A DNA stretch of 64,000 bases from Chthoniobacteraceae bacterium (GCA_037190965.1 JBBCKI010000029.1:1-64000), one strand, 5' to 3'. Positions 38,182 to 47,667 are shown, numbered from the stretch's first letter. The notes: generated by a model not told the origin, from the letters alone. Numbers and translations are program-made.

Positions 38182-41139
38182 TTAACGCGCTTCCACCTTC
38201 GAAAGCCGATATTCGGGATACCGCGATTGCAGGTCGTTGAGCACCTTTTTGGACTGCGGTTCGTTGCCGCTCTTGAGATAGGCGCGATACGCTTGTTCCA
38301 GGGCTTGTGGGGTGATCACCGGGTCGTCGTAGACCAATGCCACACTCAGGTAAATTTTGGCGGCGGCTTCCCAGTCACCCTTGGCGGCGGTTACGGCTCC
38401 GGAAAGCATCCGCCCAAGCGCGTTAAGGCGGCCTTCGGGTTGCAACTCCTGGACCTTGTTGGCTGATTTCAGGGCGGCGTCCAATTTTCCGGTGCCCAGT
38501 TCGGCTTCTCCCAAGGCGAGGTAGCCGTTTGCCTTGGGGATGGGGTCCGTAGCCTTCTCCAGATATGTCCGGAGCGTTTTTTCGGCGGCAGCCCATTTCT
38601 TGAGCTTGATGGAGGCCTGCCCGAGGCTGAGCCAGTCGGCGGCGATCAATTCATCGTTCCCCTCGCTGCCTGTCAGCTTGGTGAGATACTTTTCGGCCTG
38701 CACGGCATCGCTTTCGTTGCCCTTGAGGTATTCGTTGCCGAGCCAACGGAGCATTTCGGCGGGAATCCGGATCTTCGGCCCGGCCTGATCGACTTCTTTC
38801 GCGAGGGCATCCCGATTTTCCAAATAACGGTGCACGGCGAGAATGAGCGAGGTTGCCCGGTCGGCAAAGTCAGCGTCCTGCTTGCGGGCCGCCACAAGCG
38901 GGGCAATGGAGTCCTTGTAGTTTTTGGACTGGAAGGCCGTCAGACCGATCCAGTAGTTCGCCTGCCCTGCGGCGGGGCTGTTGGGGAATTCTTTCAGGAG
39001 CTGCGTGAAGGCGTCCACCATCGCCTTGCTTTCATCCTGCTGCCCGAGGATAAGCGCCTTGCGCTGGATGGCAAACTCGCGCTCTTTGGCCTTGGGGTAG
39101 CGGCTCAACACCTCGTTGAAGTCGCCCAAGGCAGCCTTGTAGTTCTTTGCCTGCTCGTAACCGAACCCGCGCTGGGCCAGCGCCGTGGCCGCCAGCTTGT
39201 TGGTCGGGTAGCGGGAAAGAAACGCGGAGAATGTCTGGATCGCGCCCGCGTGATCGCCTGTCTGCGTCTGGCACCAGCCGAGCTTGAAAAGGGCCTCCGC
39301 TTTTAGGGCGGGAGCCAGCGATGCGGTATTTAGCGAGGCATAAAGCGGGGTGGCGGCTTCGAACTGCTTCGTCTTATAGAACGACTCCGCCTTCATCAGC
39401 GTGAGCTGGTCGCGCCTGGCGCCGGCATCCGGATGGCTGGCCAAGTAGGCGTCGATTTCTGTCACCAGTTCGGGGGAGTCGATGGTGTAGAGGATAACCA
39501 GCCGCTCGTACCGCGCTTCCTGGGCGTAAGGGCTTTGGGCGTAGTCGCGGATGATCTGGTCGTAAAGCGTGCGGGCTGCGTCGTGCCTGCGAAGCTGCCG
39601 GTTGGAGTTGGCGACGAGCAGCAACACTTCAGGAAGGGCTGCCGGAGAGAACGTTTTTTCCGAAGCTTCGTAAGCCTTGAGCACCGGCTCGTACTTTCCG
39701 TCGTTATACAGAACGCGGAGCAGCCCCAGTTCGGCGATCTCCTTCCAGTGTCCAAGCTCCGGCATCTTGAGAGCCTTGGCGAATTCTTCGGCGGCCTTCG
39801 CATTTTGCTTCTGATCAAGCTGCAGCAGGCCAATGCGAACGGTGGCTTCGGCTTTGACGGACTCTTTCGCTGTTTCGGTGCGGAGTGTGTTGAGAATCAG
39901 GAGCGCCTGTGACCTTCTGCCGGAATCCGACAGTAACTCGACGAGCGCAAGCTGGCTGGCTTCCCGGAAGGGATTTTCCCCCTCGGTCGCCAGCACATCC
40001 TCGTAGGCGCGCATCGCCTCGGAGCTCATTTTCGCCGCCTCCAGCGAGCGCGCGGCGTAGAATTTGGCGGAAAGGGCGATGGCGGGATCCTTCACCCAGA
40101 CGGAGGCTTTGCGGAAAAAAGTGACGGCGGCGGAGTAATCCTTCTCCTGGTAGTAGAGCTCCGCGAGCCGGTACGAAGCCGGGCCGATGAAGTCGCCGAT
40201 CTGGAATGTGTAAATGAGCGCCTCGTAGTTCTGCCGGGCCGCGTTGAAGCTGCCAAGCTGTCGGTAGCATTCCGCCAGCCGGAAAAAAGCCGCCTGACGG
40301 TCGACTCCGCTGGGGAAGAGGCTCAGGTAGCGTTCGTATTCCGGCGCGGCCTGATCGTACTGCTTCCTGGTGTAAAAACCGTTGGCGAGGAGAATCTGGG
40401 CGACGTCGGCGGGCGCGGTGGTGGTCCCCGGCGAGAGGCGGATCTCCCGCGAGCGGGGGTCGAGCACTTCCAGAGTCGATGGAGGGCGTTGCGCTGCGGT
40501 TTCGCCGGTCTCCTTGGTCTCTTCTGGGACGGCCTCTGCATGCGGGGCTGCGGGTTCCTGAGTCGGGACGCCCGGGGTCTCCGGGTTGACAGGTGCGCCC
40601 CGGGAGGGCTCTGGTGCCGGATCCCGCTCTGGCGCTGCCGGTGGTACTGCAGGTTGCGTGGCTGGCTCGAAGGGCTCCACGGGCAAGGCTTTGCGGACTT
40701 CGCCCTGCGGCTCGCTGGTCCTTTCCACGGGGACAACGGGCTCCACGGGAATGGCGCGTTCCACTGGAACGGCACGAGGAATCCGCACCGTTTCCGTTTG
40801 GGTGGGGTGTTCCGGTTGGGGTTGGGGTTGGGGTTGAGTCGGCTGGGGCTGTTCGGTCTGCTCGAAAGGCTCCAGGGGCAGCGCCCGGCGTACTTCCCCG
40901 TCTTCCTGGGGAGCGACGTCGCTTAACGAGGTGGCTTCCGGATCGGGTATGTTGCGTTCAAGCTCGCGCTCACGCTCTCTTCGTTCCTGCTTTTCCTGCC
41001 TTTTCTGCTCCTTGGCCCTCGCCTTTTCCGCTGATTTGGTCCGTCGTTCCTGGAGGTAGCGCTCCATCCAGTTCTGGGCATGGAGAGGCTGCGCCGCCGA
41101 GAGCGCCATGATTGCCAGTAGAACCCGCCTCCGTAACAT
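38182..41139 (-). CDS. Large periplasmic tetratricopeptide-repeat protein with Pro/Glu-rich linker
   Basis: Signal peptide, disordered PEP/QP region, many TPRs (ALFKLGWC, ANYWIG, ..F....YP..). Confidence 0.88.
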   Translation of the reverse strand: MLRRRVLLAIMALSAAQPLHAQNWMERYLQERRTKSAEKARAKEQKRQEKQERRERERELERNIPDPEATSLSDVAPQEDGEVRRALPLEPFEQTEQPQPTQPQPQPQPEHPTQTETVRIPRAVPVERAIPVEPVVPVERTSEPQGEVRKALPVEPFEPATQPAVPPAAPERDPAPEPSRGAPVNPETPGVPTQEPAAPHAEAVPEETKETGETAAQRPPSTLEVLDPRSREIRLSPGTTTAPADVAQILLANGFYTRKQYDQAAPEYERYLSLFPSGVDRQAAFFRLAECYRQLGSFNAARQNYEALIYTFQIGDFIGPASYRLAELYYQEKDYSAAVTFFRKASVWVKDPAIALSAKFYAARSLEAAKMSSEAMRAYEDVLATEGENPFREASQLALVELLSDSGRRSQALLILNTLRTETAKESVKAEATVRIGLLQLDQKQNAKAAEEFAKALKMPELGHWKEIAELGLLRVLYNDGKYEPVLKAYEASEKTFSPAALPEVLLLVANSNRQLRRHDAARTLYDQIIRDYAQSPYAQEARYERLVILYTIDSPELVTEIDAYLASHPDAGARRDQLTLMKAESFYKTKQFEAATPLYASLNTASLAPALKAEALFKLGWCQTQTGDHAGAIQTFSAFLSRYPTNKLAATALAQRGFGYEQAKNYKAALGDFNEVLSRYPKAKEREFAIQRKALILGQQDESKAMVDAFTQLLKEFPNSPAAGQANYWIGLTAFQSKNYKDSIAPLVAARKQDADFADRATSLILAVHRYLENRDALAKEVDQAGPKIRIPAEMLRWLGNEYLKGNESDAVQAEKYLTKLTGSEGNDELIAADWLSLGQASIKLKKWAAAEKTLRTYLEKATDPIPKANGYLALGEAELGTGKLDAALKSANKVQELQPEGRLNALGRMLSGAVTAAKGDWEAAAKIYLSVALVYDDPVITPQALEQAYRAYLKSGNEPQSKKVLNDLQSRYPEYRLSKVEAR

Positions 41140-41147
41140 GTTGATTT

Positions 41148-41594
41148 TTACCGCTGGGGCTGGGGCCGGATTTGCGATTCAGACTCGGTCTTGGAAGTGG
41201 CGAAAAGCACGTTCCAGATCTTGGCATTCCTGCATACGTCGAGCACCGCCATCATGTTTTTATAGGAAAGTTCTTCGTCGCCACGGACCACCACCGCCTG
41301 ATCCGGGAAGAGTTCCGCCAGCTCGGAGAGCTTCTTGGAAAGATCGTCGGAGGAGATCGGCTTCCGGTTGAGAACGACCGTGCCGTCCTTTCGGACATTG
41401 AGAACCACCTGGTTTACATACGGCTTTTGTTCGTCGGCGCTGGCGGCGGAAGGGATTTTCACGTCAACCGCATTTTCGCTCAGCGCGAAGTTCCACGTCA
41501 CGATAAAAAACACCAGCAGCACCAGCAGAATGTCCACCATGGGGGCAATCTGGAAGCCGAGGTGTTGTGGCGCGGAGCGTTTCCGGAAATTCAT
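41148..41594 (-). CDS. exbD: Biopolymer transporter ExbD/TolR
   Basis: QIAPMVDILLVLLVFFIVT, VVVRGD...Y..MM.VLD. Confidence 0.9.
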   Translation of the reverse strand: MNFRKRSAPQHLGFQIAPMVDILLVLLVFFIVTWNFALSENAVDVKIPSAASADEQKPYVNQVVLNVRKDGTVVLNRKPISSDDLSKKLSELAELFPDQAVVVRGDEELSYKNMMAVLDVCRNAKIWNVLFATSKTESESQIRPQPQR

Positions 41595-41597
41595 ACC

Positions 41598-42494
41598 TTA
41601 GAAATCGTCGTCGAGTGAGACCGAGGGCTTTCTCGAAGAACCGCCATGGTCGTCCATGATGCGGTCGCGCTCGCGGGAGTCTCTTCGGTCGCGGTCACGA
41701 TCCCGGTCGCGCCTGGGTTCTTCCTGCCTGGTTTCGAAGTGCAGCGCCATCAGGCCGAGCGACTGGGCGGAAGCGCGTTCCAGGTCCGAGATCAAATGCT
41801 GCACCCGGTTGCGGAAAAGGCCGTAGAATGCCATCGCGACGATGCCGACGATCAGCCCCGTCCCGGTGGCCACCAGCGCTTCGGAAACGCCCTCGGCGAG
41901 AAGCATCGGGCGGCTCGCTTCGGAGACGTTGCTGGCGATAACCCCGAACGAGTGAATGATGCCGAATACCGTGCCGAGAAGCCCGACCATCGGGGAGAGG
42001 ACGGCAATGTCGGCAAGGTAGGAGATCCGGTTTTGCAGCGACGCGGCCTGCGAGGCTCCTTCCGTCTGCGCGATCTCCCTGACCACCTCGAAGGAGGCTG
42101 TCGGGTTCTTCGTGGTGAAATCGAGCATCCGTTGCACCACCCGGGCGATGGCCTCGCCGTGACGGTGCGAAATGGCGAGCAGCGCCGGGTAGTCGCGCTT
42201 TTTCAGAAGCACCTCGGCGGTGTTCATGAAGTGGGTCGAGACAATCGCGCCGCGCCGGAGCGTGAAAGCGAAGGCGACGACCAGCATCAGCGTCAGAATC
42301 GACATGATGGCCAGCGGGATCATCGCCCAGCCGCCGGATTGGATCAAATTGAGCATGGTGACCGAATCGGGCTTCTGGGCCGCGGCGGCAGCAGCGGCTT
42401 CGGCCACTTTTGCGGCGGAGTTGCCTTGCGCCAAAAGAGAGGTCAGGGGAGTCGCCAGGCCGAAAATCCCGAATAACAAAAGAGAGGGTTTCAT
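41598..42494 (-). CDS. exbB: MotA/TolQ/ExbB proton channel protein
   Basis: SGGWAMIPL, SPMVGLLGTVFGII.SF, GVSEALVATGTGL. Start at MKPSL. Confidence 0.9.
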   Translation of the reverse strand: MKPSLLLFGIFGLATPLTSLLAQGNSAAKVAEAAAAAAAQKPDSVTMLNLIQSGGWAMIPLAIMSILTLMLVVAFAFTLRRGAIVSTHFMNTAEVLLKKRDYPALLAISHRHGEAIARVVQRMLDFTTKNPTASFEVVREIAQTEGASQAASLQNRISYLADIAVLSPMVGLLGTVFGIIHSFGVIASNVSEASRPMLLAEGVSEALVATGTGLIVGIVAMAFYGLFRNRVQHLISDLERASAQSLGLMALHFETRQEEPRRDRDRDRDRRDSRERDRIMDDHGGSSRKPSVSLDDDF

Positions 42495-42578
42495 GAAATT
42501 GGTTGTGTATATTACGATGCGCAACCGGGGTTTCAACTCGACTCTCCAATCGGAGACCGGTTTTCACCACGCCAACGT

Positions 42579-44192
42579 ATGACGCCCGCCCACTCCAAAG
42601 ACAAGCCCGACCTTGGGCGAAAACTGCAAGAGCTCCCGCATAAACCGGGCGTTTACCTGATGCGGGACCGCCTTCGCAGGGTGATTTACGTCGGCAAGGC
42701 CCGCGATCTGAAAAAGCGGGTCAGCCAGTATTTTGTCGCCTCCCGCCGCAGAACCGCCGATCCCAAGACGCTCGCGCTCCTCGATAGCGTGTGGGATCTG
42801 GAGTGGCACACGGTAAAGAGCGAACCCGAGGCGTTGCTTCTGGAGGGGAAGCTCATCAAGGAGTTCCGACCCAAGTACAACATCTCCTTCCGCGACGACA
42901 AACGCTTCCTGATGGTGAAGGTCGATATGGCCGAGGAGTGGCCCCGGTTCCGGCTCGCCCGCTTCAAGCGGGAGGACAATGCCCGCTACTTCGGGCCGTA
43001 TGTCCATTCGGGGGCGCTCAAGCAGACACTTCACTTCATGCGGAAGAAGTTCGGCATCCTCACTTTCGGGCGGGGCGCGCCCACGGAGCGGGAACTCAAA
43101 TCGTCCGCCTATCAGGTTTTGAGCCGGATCACCGCCTTTACGACGGAGCAATATCGGGAACGGGTGGAGGCCGCTTGCGAATTTCTCGCGGGGCAATCGC
43201 GCGAGTTGCTCAAGGAGTTAGAAGAGGAGATGCAGAAGGCGGCGGCCAAGCTCGACTTCGAGCGGGCGGTGGAACTGCGCAACATGCTCGACAACCTGCG
43301 CAAGACCACCGCGACGACGGTCCGCCGATTTACGCGGCACACGCTCCCGAGCAGCATCGACCCGGGGGCTGATGTCCTCTCGCTCAAAGACGCGCTCGGG
43401 CTTGCCGAGGTGCCGCGCGTCATGGAGTGCTTCGACATCTCCAATATTTCGACCACGCATATCGTCGCCTCCATGGTCCGTTTTCGCGATGGCGTGCCGG
43501 ACCGCGCCAACTACCGGCGTTATCGGATCAAGAGCGTCGACGGGCAGAACGATTTCGCGAGCATGGCCGAGGTTATCCGGCGTCGTTACTCCCGCATCCT
43601 TCTGACTGCCCGCGAGAGTGCCCAAGCCGAGTCCCGAAAAGGCGCGGACGGGGAGGGGATCGACTATTCCCCGGAGTTTTCCCAGGAATCTCCCGCGGAA
43701 GCGGTGGATCGGCTCGCCTCTTCAGACGCCACTGGGGGAGGCCCAACGTTCGTCCGGCTTCCGGATCTGGTCATCGTCGACGGCGGCAAGGGGCAACTTT
43801 CCTCTGCCTGCAAGGAACTCCAGCGGCTCGGGTTGCACGATCTCCCCATCATCGGCCTCGCCAAGGAATTTGAAGAGATCCATCGTCCCGGGCGACCGCT
43901 GCCGATGCGCCTGCCAGAGGATTCCAACGCGCTCCGGTTGCTCCAGCGGATCCGCGACGAGGCTCATCGCTTCGCCAACGGTTACCACCAGTTGCTCATG
44001 AAGCGCCGCATCGTCGAAAGCATTCTCGACGACTGCCCCGGGATCAGCGCCACCCGCAAGCATGCCCTTCTCGCCAAATTCGGTTCCGTCGCCCGTCTAC
44101 GGAAAGCGCCCGTGGAGGAGATTGCCGCAACTCCCGGCATCGGCCCGCGCCTTGCCGAGCAGCTTGTGGAGTATTTGCGCCAGCGGGAGTGA
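42579..44192 (+). CDS. uvrC: Excinuclease ABC subunit C
   Basis: GIY-YIG (PGVYLM..VIYVGKA), UVR domain, ECFDISN, DGGKGQL, RDEAHRFA, HhH. Confidence 0.95.
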   Translation: MTPAHSKDKPDLGRKLQELPHKPGVYLMRDRLRRVIYVGKARDLKKRVSQYFVASRRRTADPKTLALLDSVWDLEWHTVKSEPEALLLEGKLIKEFRPKYNISFRDDKRFLMVKVDMAEEWPRFRLARFKREDNARYFGPYVHSGALKQTLHFMRKKFGILTFGRGAPTERELKSSAYQVLSRITAFTTEQYRERVEAACEFLAGQSRELLKELEEEMQKAAAKLDFERAVELRNMLDNLRKTTATTVRRFTRHTLPSSIDPGADVLSLKDALGLAEVPRVMECFDISNISTTHIVASMVRFRDGVPDRANYRRYRIKSVDGQNDFASMAEVIRRRYSRILLTARESAQAESRKGADGEGIDYSPEFSQESPAEAVDRLASSDATGGGPTFVRLPDLVIVDGGKGQLSSACKELQRLGLHDLPIIGLAKEFEEIHRPGRPLPMRLPEDSNALRLLQRIRDEAHRFANGYHQLLMKRRIVESILDDCPGISATRKHALLAKFGSVARLRKAPVEEIAATPGIGPRLAEQLVEYLRQRE

Positions 44193-44222
44193 GAAAATCC
44201 AGAGAGCGAAGACCGGAAACCT

Positions 44223-44256
44223 GGTAGTCCGCTCGCGCCGCGAGCGCGGGTATCGG
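44223..44256 (+). repeat. Single GTAG REP, family A truncated copy
   Basis: GGTAGTCCGCTCGCGCCGCGAGCGCGGGTATCGG. Confidence 0.75.
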
Positions 44257-44275
44257 TCCTATGGGCGTGAAAGAG

Positions 44276-44653
44276 CTATTTCATTCCCGGTGCTTCAACA
44301 TAACCAACCCCCAACTCGATGGCCGCCGCAGCGAGGCGGGCGTCGAGGCTCCAAAGCGGAGAGTTTGAAAGCCGGGCCGCTGCAAGCAGTTGCAAATCAT
44401 TCCAGCCGATACCTCGGCCGTAGAGCGCGTGGGCTTCGATGAAGTCGAGGCATTCTTCCGCCGTGCAGACTGTTGCGCGTGGCAGACTTCGCAATGCGGC
44501 AAGGGTCTGCTTGCGTTTCGCGAGATTCCCGGTTGCCAATTCGCCAATGACGATAGGGTGGATCAAAATGAGGCCGTCTTTCAGGACCGCCGCAAATTCC
44601 GGGACTCCCCGGCGGAAATGCTGCACCCAGATCGAAGTGTCTGCCAGGATCAT
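44276..44653 (-). CDS. vapC: VapC family PIN-domain toxin
   Basis: MILADTSIWV, HPIVIGEL, GIGWND, LWSLD. Confidence 0.92.
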   Translation of the reverse strand: MILADTSIWVQHFRRGVPEFAAVLKDGLILIHPIVIGELATGNLAKRKQTLAALRSLPRATVCTAEECLDFIEAHALYGRGIGWNDLQLLAAARLSNSPLWSLDARLAAAAIELGVGYVEAPGMK

Positions 44654-44856
44654 TTCCGACTTTTCGGGGTCGACCGAGGGCGCGGAGGGAGTGCGAGCTC
44701 GGGCATCGTGCCGCCGAGAGCCGCGAGTCGCCGGGCGGACTCTCGCTGGATGAGCGCTTCCAGGCCCATGCGGACGATGGCGGTCTTTTCCGTTTCTCCC
44801 GTATATTCAGCGGCTTGGGAAAGGAGGGCGTCATCGATATTGAGAGTCGTTCTCAT
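44650..44856 (-). CDS. vapB: VapB family antitoxin
   Basis: MRTTLNIDDALL, EKTAIVR.GLEALI..ESARRLAALGG. ATGA overlap with vapC. Confidence 0.9.
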   Translation of the reverse strand: MRTTLNIDDALLSQAAEYTGETEKTAIVRMGLEALIQRESARRLAALGGTMPELALPPRPRSTPKSRK

Positions 44857-44892
44857 GCATATGAAGATGCATGATTTGTATGCAATTGTCAA
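44853..44892 (-). promoter_or_regulatory. vapBC promoter and palindromic operator
   Basis: TTGACA-N17-CATCTT, 7 nt before the ATG. TCATGCAT-N6-ATGCATGA palindrome covers the -10 and the start codon. Confidence 0.65.
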
Positions 44893-45016
44893 CGCGCCGC
44901 CATAAGGGCGGCAAAACCGAGGGTTTTCTGAAGTCGGTTGTTTTATACTGTTTACGCTCAGCCGGAATTTCCGATTTTTCTAGTGCGCGCTTCCGTCGCC
45001 CGGCGTAGAAGCTCTG

Positions 45017-46891
45017 ATGCAAAAGAAACAATTTACCGAACTTGGCCTCTCGCCTGAACTTCTCAAGGCGATTGCAAAGGTCGGGTACGAGGAGGCTTCG
45101 CCCATCCAGTCGGAGGCGATCCCTGTGCTCCTCGGCGGTGCCGACGTGGTCGGCCAATCCCAGACCGGTTCGGGTAAGACGGCGGCGTTTGCGATTCCCG
45201 CCATTGAGCGCGTGGATGGTTCGCTGCGCGTGCCGCAGGTGCTCATCCTCTGCCCCACGCGCGAGCTCGCCGTCCAGGTGGCCGAAGAGGTCGCCAAGCT
45301 CGCCTTCTTCAAGCGCGGTGTGCGCGAGCTTCCCATCTACGGAGGGCAATCTTACGAGCGCCAGTTCAAGGGGCTCTCGCAGGGGCCGCAGATCATCATC
45401 GGCACCCCGGGGCGTGTCATGGATCACCTTGATCGCGGCACGTTGAAGCTCGACCAACTTCGCATGATCGTTCTCGACGAAGCCGACCGGATGCTCGACA
45501 TGGGTTTCGTTGACGACATCAAAACCATTCTGAGCCAGGCCCCGCCCGAGCGTCAGACGGTGATGTTTTCCGCCACCGTGCCGCCGCCCATCCGGCATTT
45601 GATCGAGACGTTTACGAAGAACCCCGTCAGCATCAAAATCGAGGCGCAGGCGCTCACGGTTCCCTCCATCGATCAGGTCTATTTCGAGGTGGAGCGCCGC
45701 TCCAAAGTCGAGGTGCTCTGCCGCCTGATCGATCTGGAGGACATCAACTACGCCATTATTTTCTGCGCCACCAAGATGATGGTCGATGAATTGACCGAGC
45801 ATCTGACCGCGCGCGGTTACGCCTCCGACAAGCTGCACGGCGACATGTCGCAGGCAATGCGCGAGCGGGTGATGACCAAGTTCCGCAAGCGCGGGCTCGA
45901 ATTTCTCGTTGCCACCGACGTCGCGGCGCGCGGGGTCGACGTGGATGACCTTGAGGCGGTCTTCAACTACGATCTTCCGCAGGATGGCGAAGACTATGTC
46001 CACCGCATCGGCCGTACCGGGCGTGCGGGCCGCACCGGAAAGGCGTTTACTCTCGTTTCAGGCCGGGAGATCTGGAAACTCCAGCACATCATGCGGTTCA
46101 CCAAGGGGCGGATCCGGCGCGAGCGCGTGCCTTCCGCTGACGAGGTGGAGGAAAAGCGTGCCAATGTCTTCTTCGATACCTTGCGCGAAACGCTCGAGAG
46201 CGGCGAATACAAGCGGCAGGATGAATTGATCGATCGCCTTCTCAATCAGGGCTATGCTCCGACCGACATCGCCTCCGCGCTCATTCACCTGAGTAGTGGC
46301 GAGAAGCCCCGGCAGGGCGGCGAGCGGGAAGTGCGGGAGCCAAGGGAAAGGGACGTGGTGCCTGCGCGCCCTGCGGATTTTGAACGCAAACCGAAGGCCA
46401 AAGCGGAGCTTAGACGGGAATACGAAGCAGCGCGTGAAGAACGCCCCCGCCATGCCGCGCGAGAAGGACAATCGGCGGAGCCGCGCCCTCGCAAGGAATG
46501 GGACGCGCCAAAAGCAGTCCCAGCTTCGACCCCGGGATTCCGCGAGCCGATCCGGGAGTTCAAGCGCAAAGGCGATGAGCGCCCCGAACGCCCGCTCAAG
46601 CGCGAGCGTCCATTGCAGCACGACCGCCAGGAGCCTTCACGCTTTTCCCACGAGGCGGGGATGTCCCGGCTGGTCATCAACGCCGGGCGCGATCATGAGA
46701 TTTCGCCGGGAGACGTGGTGGGCGTCATTGCCGGGCTCGCAAAGGTTAGCAAGGAGTCCATCGGCGCGATCCGCCTGATGGCGAAGCAGTCGTTTGTCGA
46801 TGTGGCTCGCGAGGAGGTTCCGCGCGTTTTGGAAAAGCTTAACGGCGTGAAATTCAAGGGACGGAAGCTGTTTATCGGCCTGGCGGAGTAG
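45017..46891 (+). CDS. deaD: DEAD-box RNA helicase with DbpA RNA-binding domain
   Basis: QTGSGKT, PTRELA, DEAD, SAT, ARGVD, HRIGRTGR, C-terminal GR...I.PGDVVG.I. Confidence 0.9.
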   Translation: MQKKQFTELGLSPELLKAIAKVGYEEASPIQSEAIPVLLGGADVVGQSQTGSGKTAAFAIPAIERVDGSLRVPQVLILCPTRELAVQVAEEVAKLAFFKRGVRELPIYGGQSYERQFKGLSQGPQIIIGTPGRVMDHLDRGTLKLDQLRMIVLDEADRMLDMGFVDDIKTILSQAPPERQTVMFSATVPPPIRHLIETFTKNPVSIKIEAQALTVPSIDQVYFEVERRSKVEVLCRLIDLEDINYAIIFCATKMMVDELTEHLTARGYASDKLHGDMSQAMRERVMTKFRKRGLEFLVATDVAARGVDVDDLEAVFNYDLPQDGEDYVHRIGRTGRAGRTGKAFTLVSGREIWKLQHIMRFTKGRIRRERVPSADEVEEKRANVFFDTLRETLESGEYKRQDELIDRLLNQGYAPTDIASALIHLSSGEKPRQGGEREVREPRERDVVPARPADFERKPKAKAELRREYEAAREERPRHAAREGQSAEPRPRKEWDAPKAVPASTPGFREPIREFKRKGDERPERPLKRERPLQHDRQEPSRFSHEAGMSRLVINAGRDHEISPGDVVGVIAGLAKVSKESIGAIRLMAKQSFVDVAREEVPRVLEKLNGVKFKGRKLFIGLAE

Positions 46892-46916
46892 GCCGGCGTC
46901 CGAAGAGAAATCGAAA

Positions 46917-46944
46917 GTAACCCGGCGTTTCAACGCCGGGTTGC
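46917..46944. repeat. REP-like hairpin or terminator between convergent genes
   Basis: GTAACCCGGCG-TTTCAA-CGCCGGGTTGC. Confidence 0.5.
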
Positions 46945-46997
46945 ATCAAAGAAGGGAGATTGTCCCGAGAGCGCCGTTGCGAAGTGATCCAATGCCA

Positions 46998-47077
46998 CGG
47001 CGTCGCAGAGCTCCGCCCTCCGTTAGAAGCAATGGCGCGGCAGCGCTCTTCCCGGAGGGCGGAGCTCCGCGACGCCG
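46998..47077. repeat. GGAG-type REP-like inverted pair (family C)
   Basis: CGGCGTCGCAGAGCTCCGCCCTCCG-N30-CGGAGGGCGGAGCTCCGCGACGCCG. Confidence 0.6.
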
Positions 47078-47104
47078 CTACCGGCCGACGGCACACACTT
47101 TCGT

Positions 47105-47587
47105 CTACGAGCAGCCGCAGCCGCCGGAGTTGCCTCCGCCGCAGCAACCCTCATCCGAGTGCGAGGGATGGGAGTGCCCGTGATCATGAGCATGGGAGTG
47201 ATCATGCTGACTGCCGCAGCATCCGCCACCCCCACAACATTCCCCTTCCGCCGAGGCGGCAAGTTCGGGGTTCACTTTCACGGCGAACTCGATCCCCTGG
47301 AATCCGATCTGTTCGCGAATCACGCCGATGAAATATTCCGTCTTCTCATCGGGTGGTTCCACGCATTCGAGCTGAAGCCGCACGGTTTTGTCGGCAAACT
47401 GAGGGAAGTGCTCGGCCATTTCCCCGTCGAGCGCGAAGGAGAGATAGGCGTTCACTTTCTCCTGAAGTTGAAAAATGCGGCGATCCGAGGCGTCCCACGG
47501 GCGAGGTTCCGTCATGCCGAGAATCAAAACGTTAGTTTCGGGGTCCTGGGCGATGAGATCGATGACGTGCGCGTTTTGCAGAGGCAT
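47105..47587 (-). CDS. DUF6572-like protein with His/Cys/Gly-rich metal-binding tail
   Basis: VIDLIA.D, QLQEKVNAYLSFALDGE. Tail CCGGGGCCGSQHDHSHAHDHGHSH...CCGGG...CGCS. Confidence 0.75.
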   Translation of the reverse strand: MPLQNAHVIDLIAQDPETNVLILGMTEPRPWDASDRRIFQLQEKVNAYLSFALDGEMAEHFPQFADKTVRLQLECVEPPDEKTEYFIGVIREQIGFQGIEFAVKVNPELAASAEGECCGGGGCCGSQHDHSHAHDHGHSHPSHSDEGCCGGGNSGGCGCS

Positions 47588-47667
47588 GGCGATGCAGATG
47601 AAAGTTGAATCTTGGGGTATCGCGACGCGATGTCAAATCACGCGCCGCCGGATGGTTCAAAGGGCAT

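Noticed and set aside
40800..40850. (GGGGTT)n tract as a telomere-like, G4 or phase-variable repeat
   Set aside because: It is an in-frame hexamer encoding the QPQPQP linker of the TPR protein, so slippage would not shift the frame.
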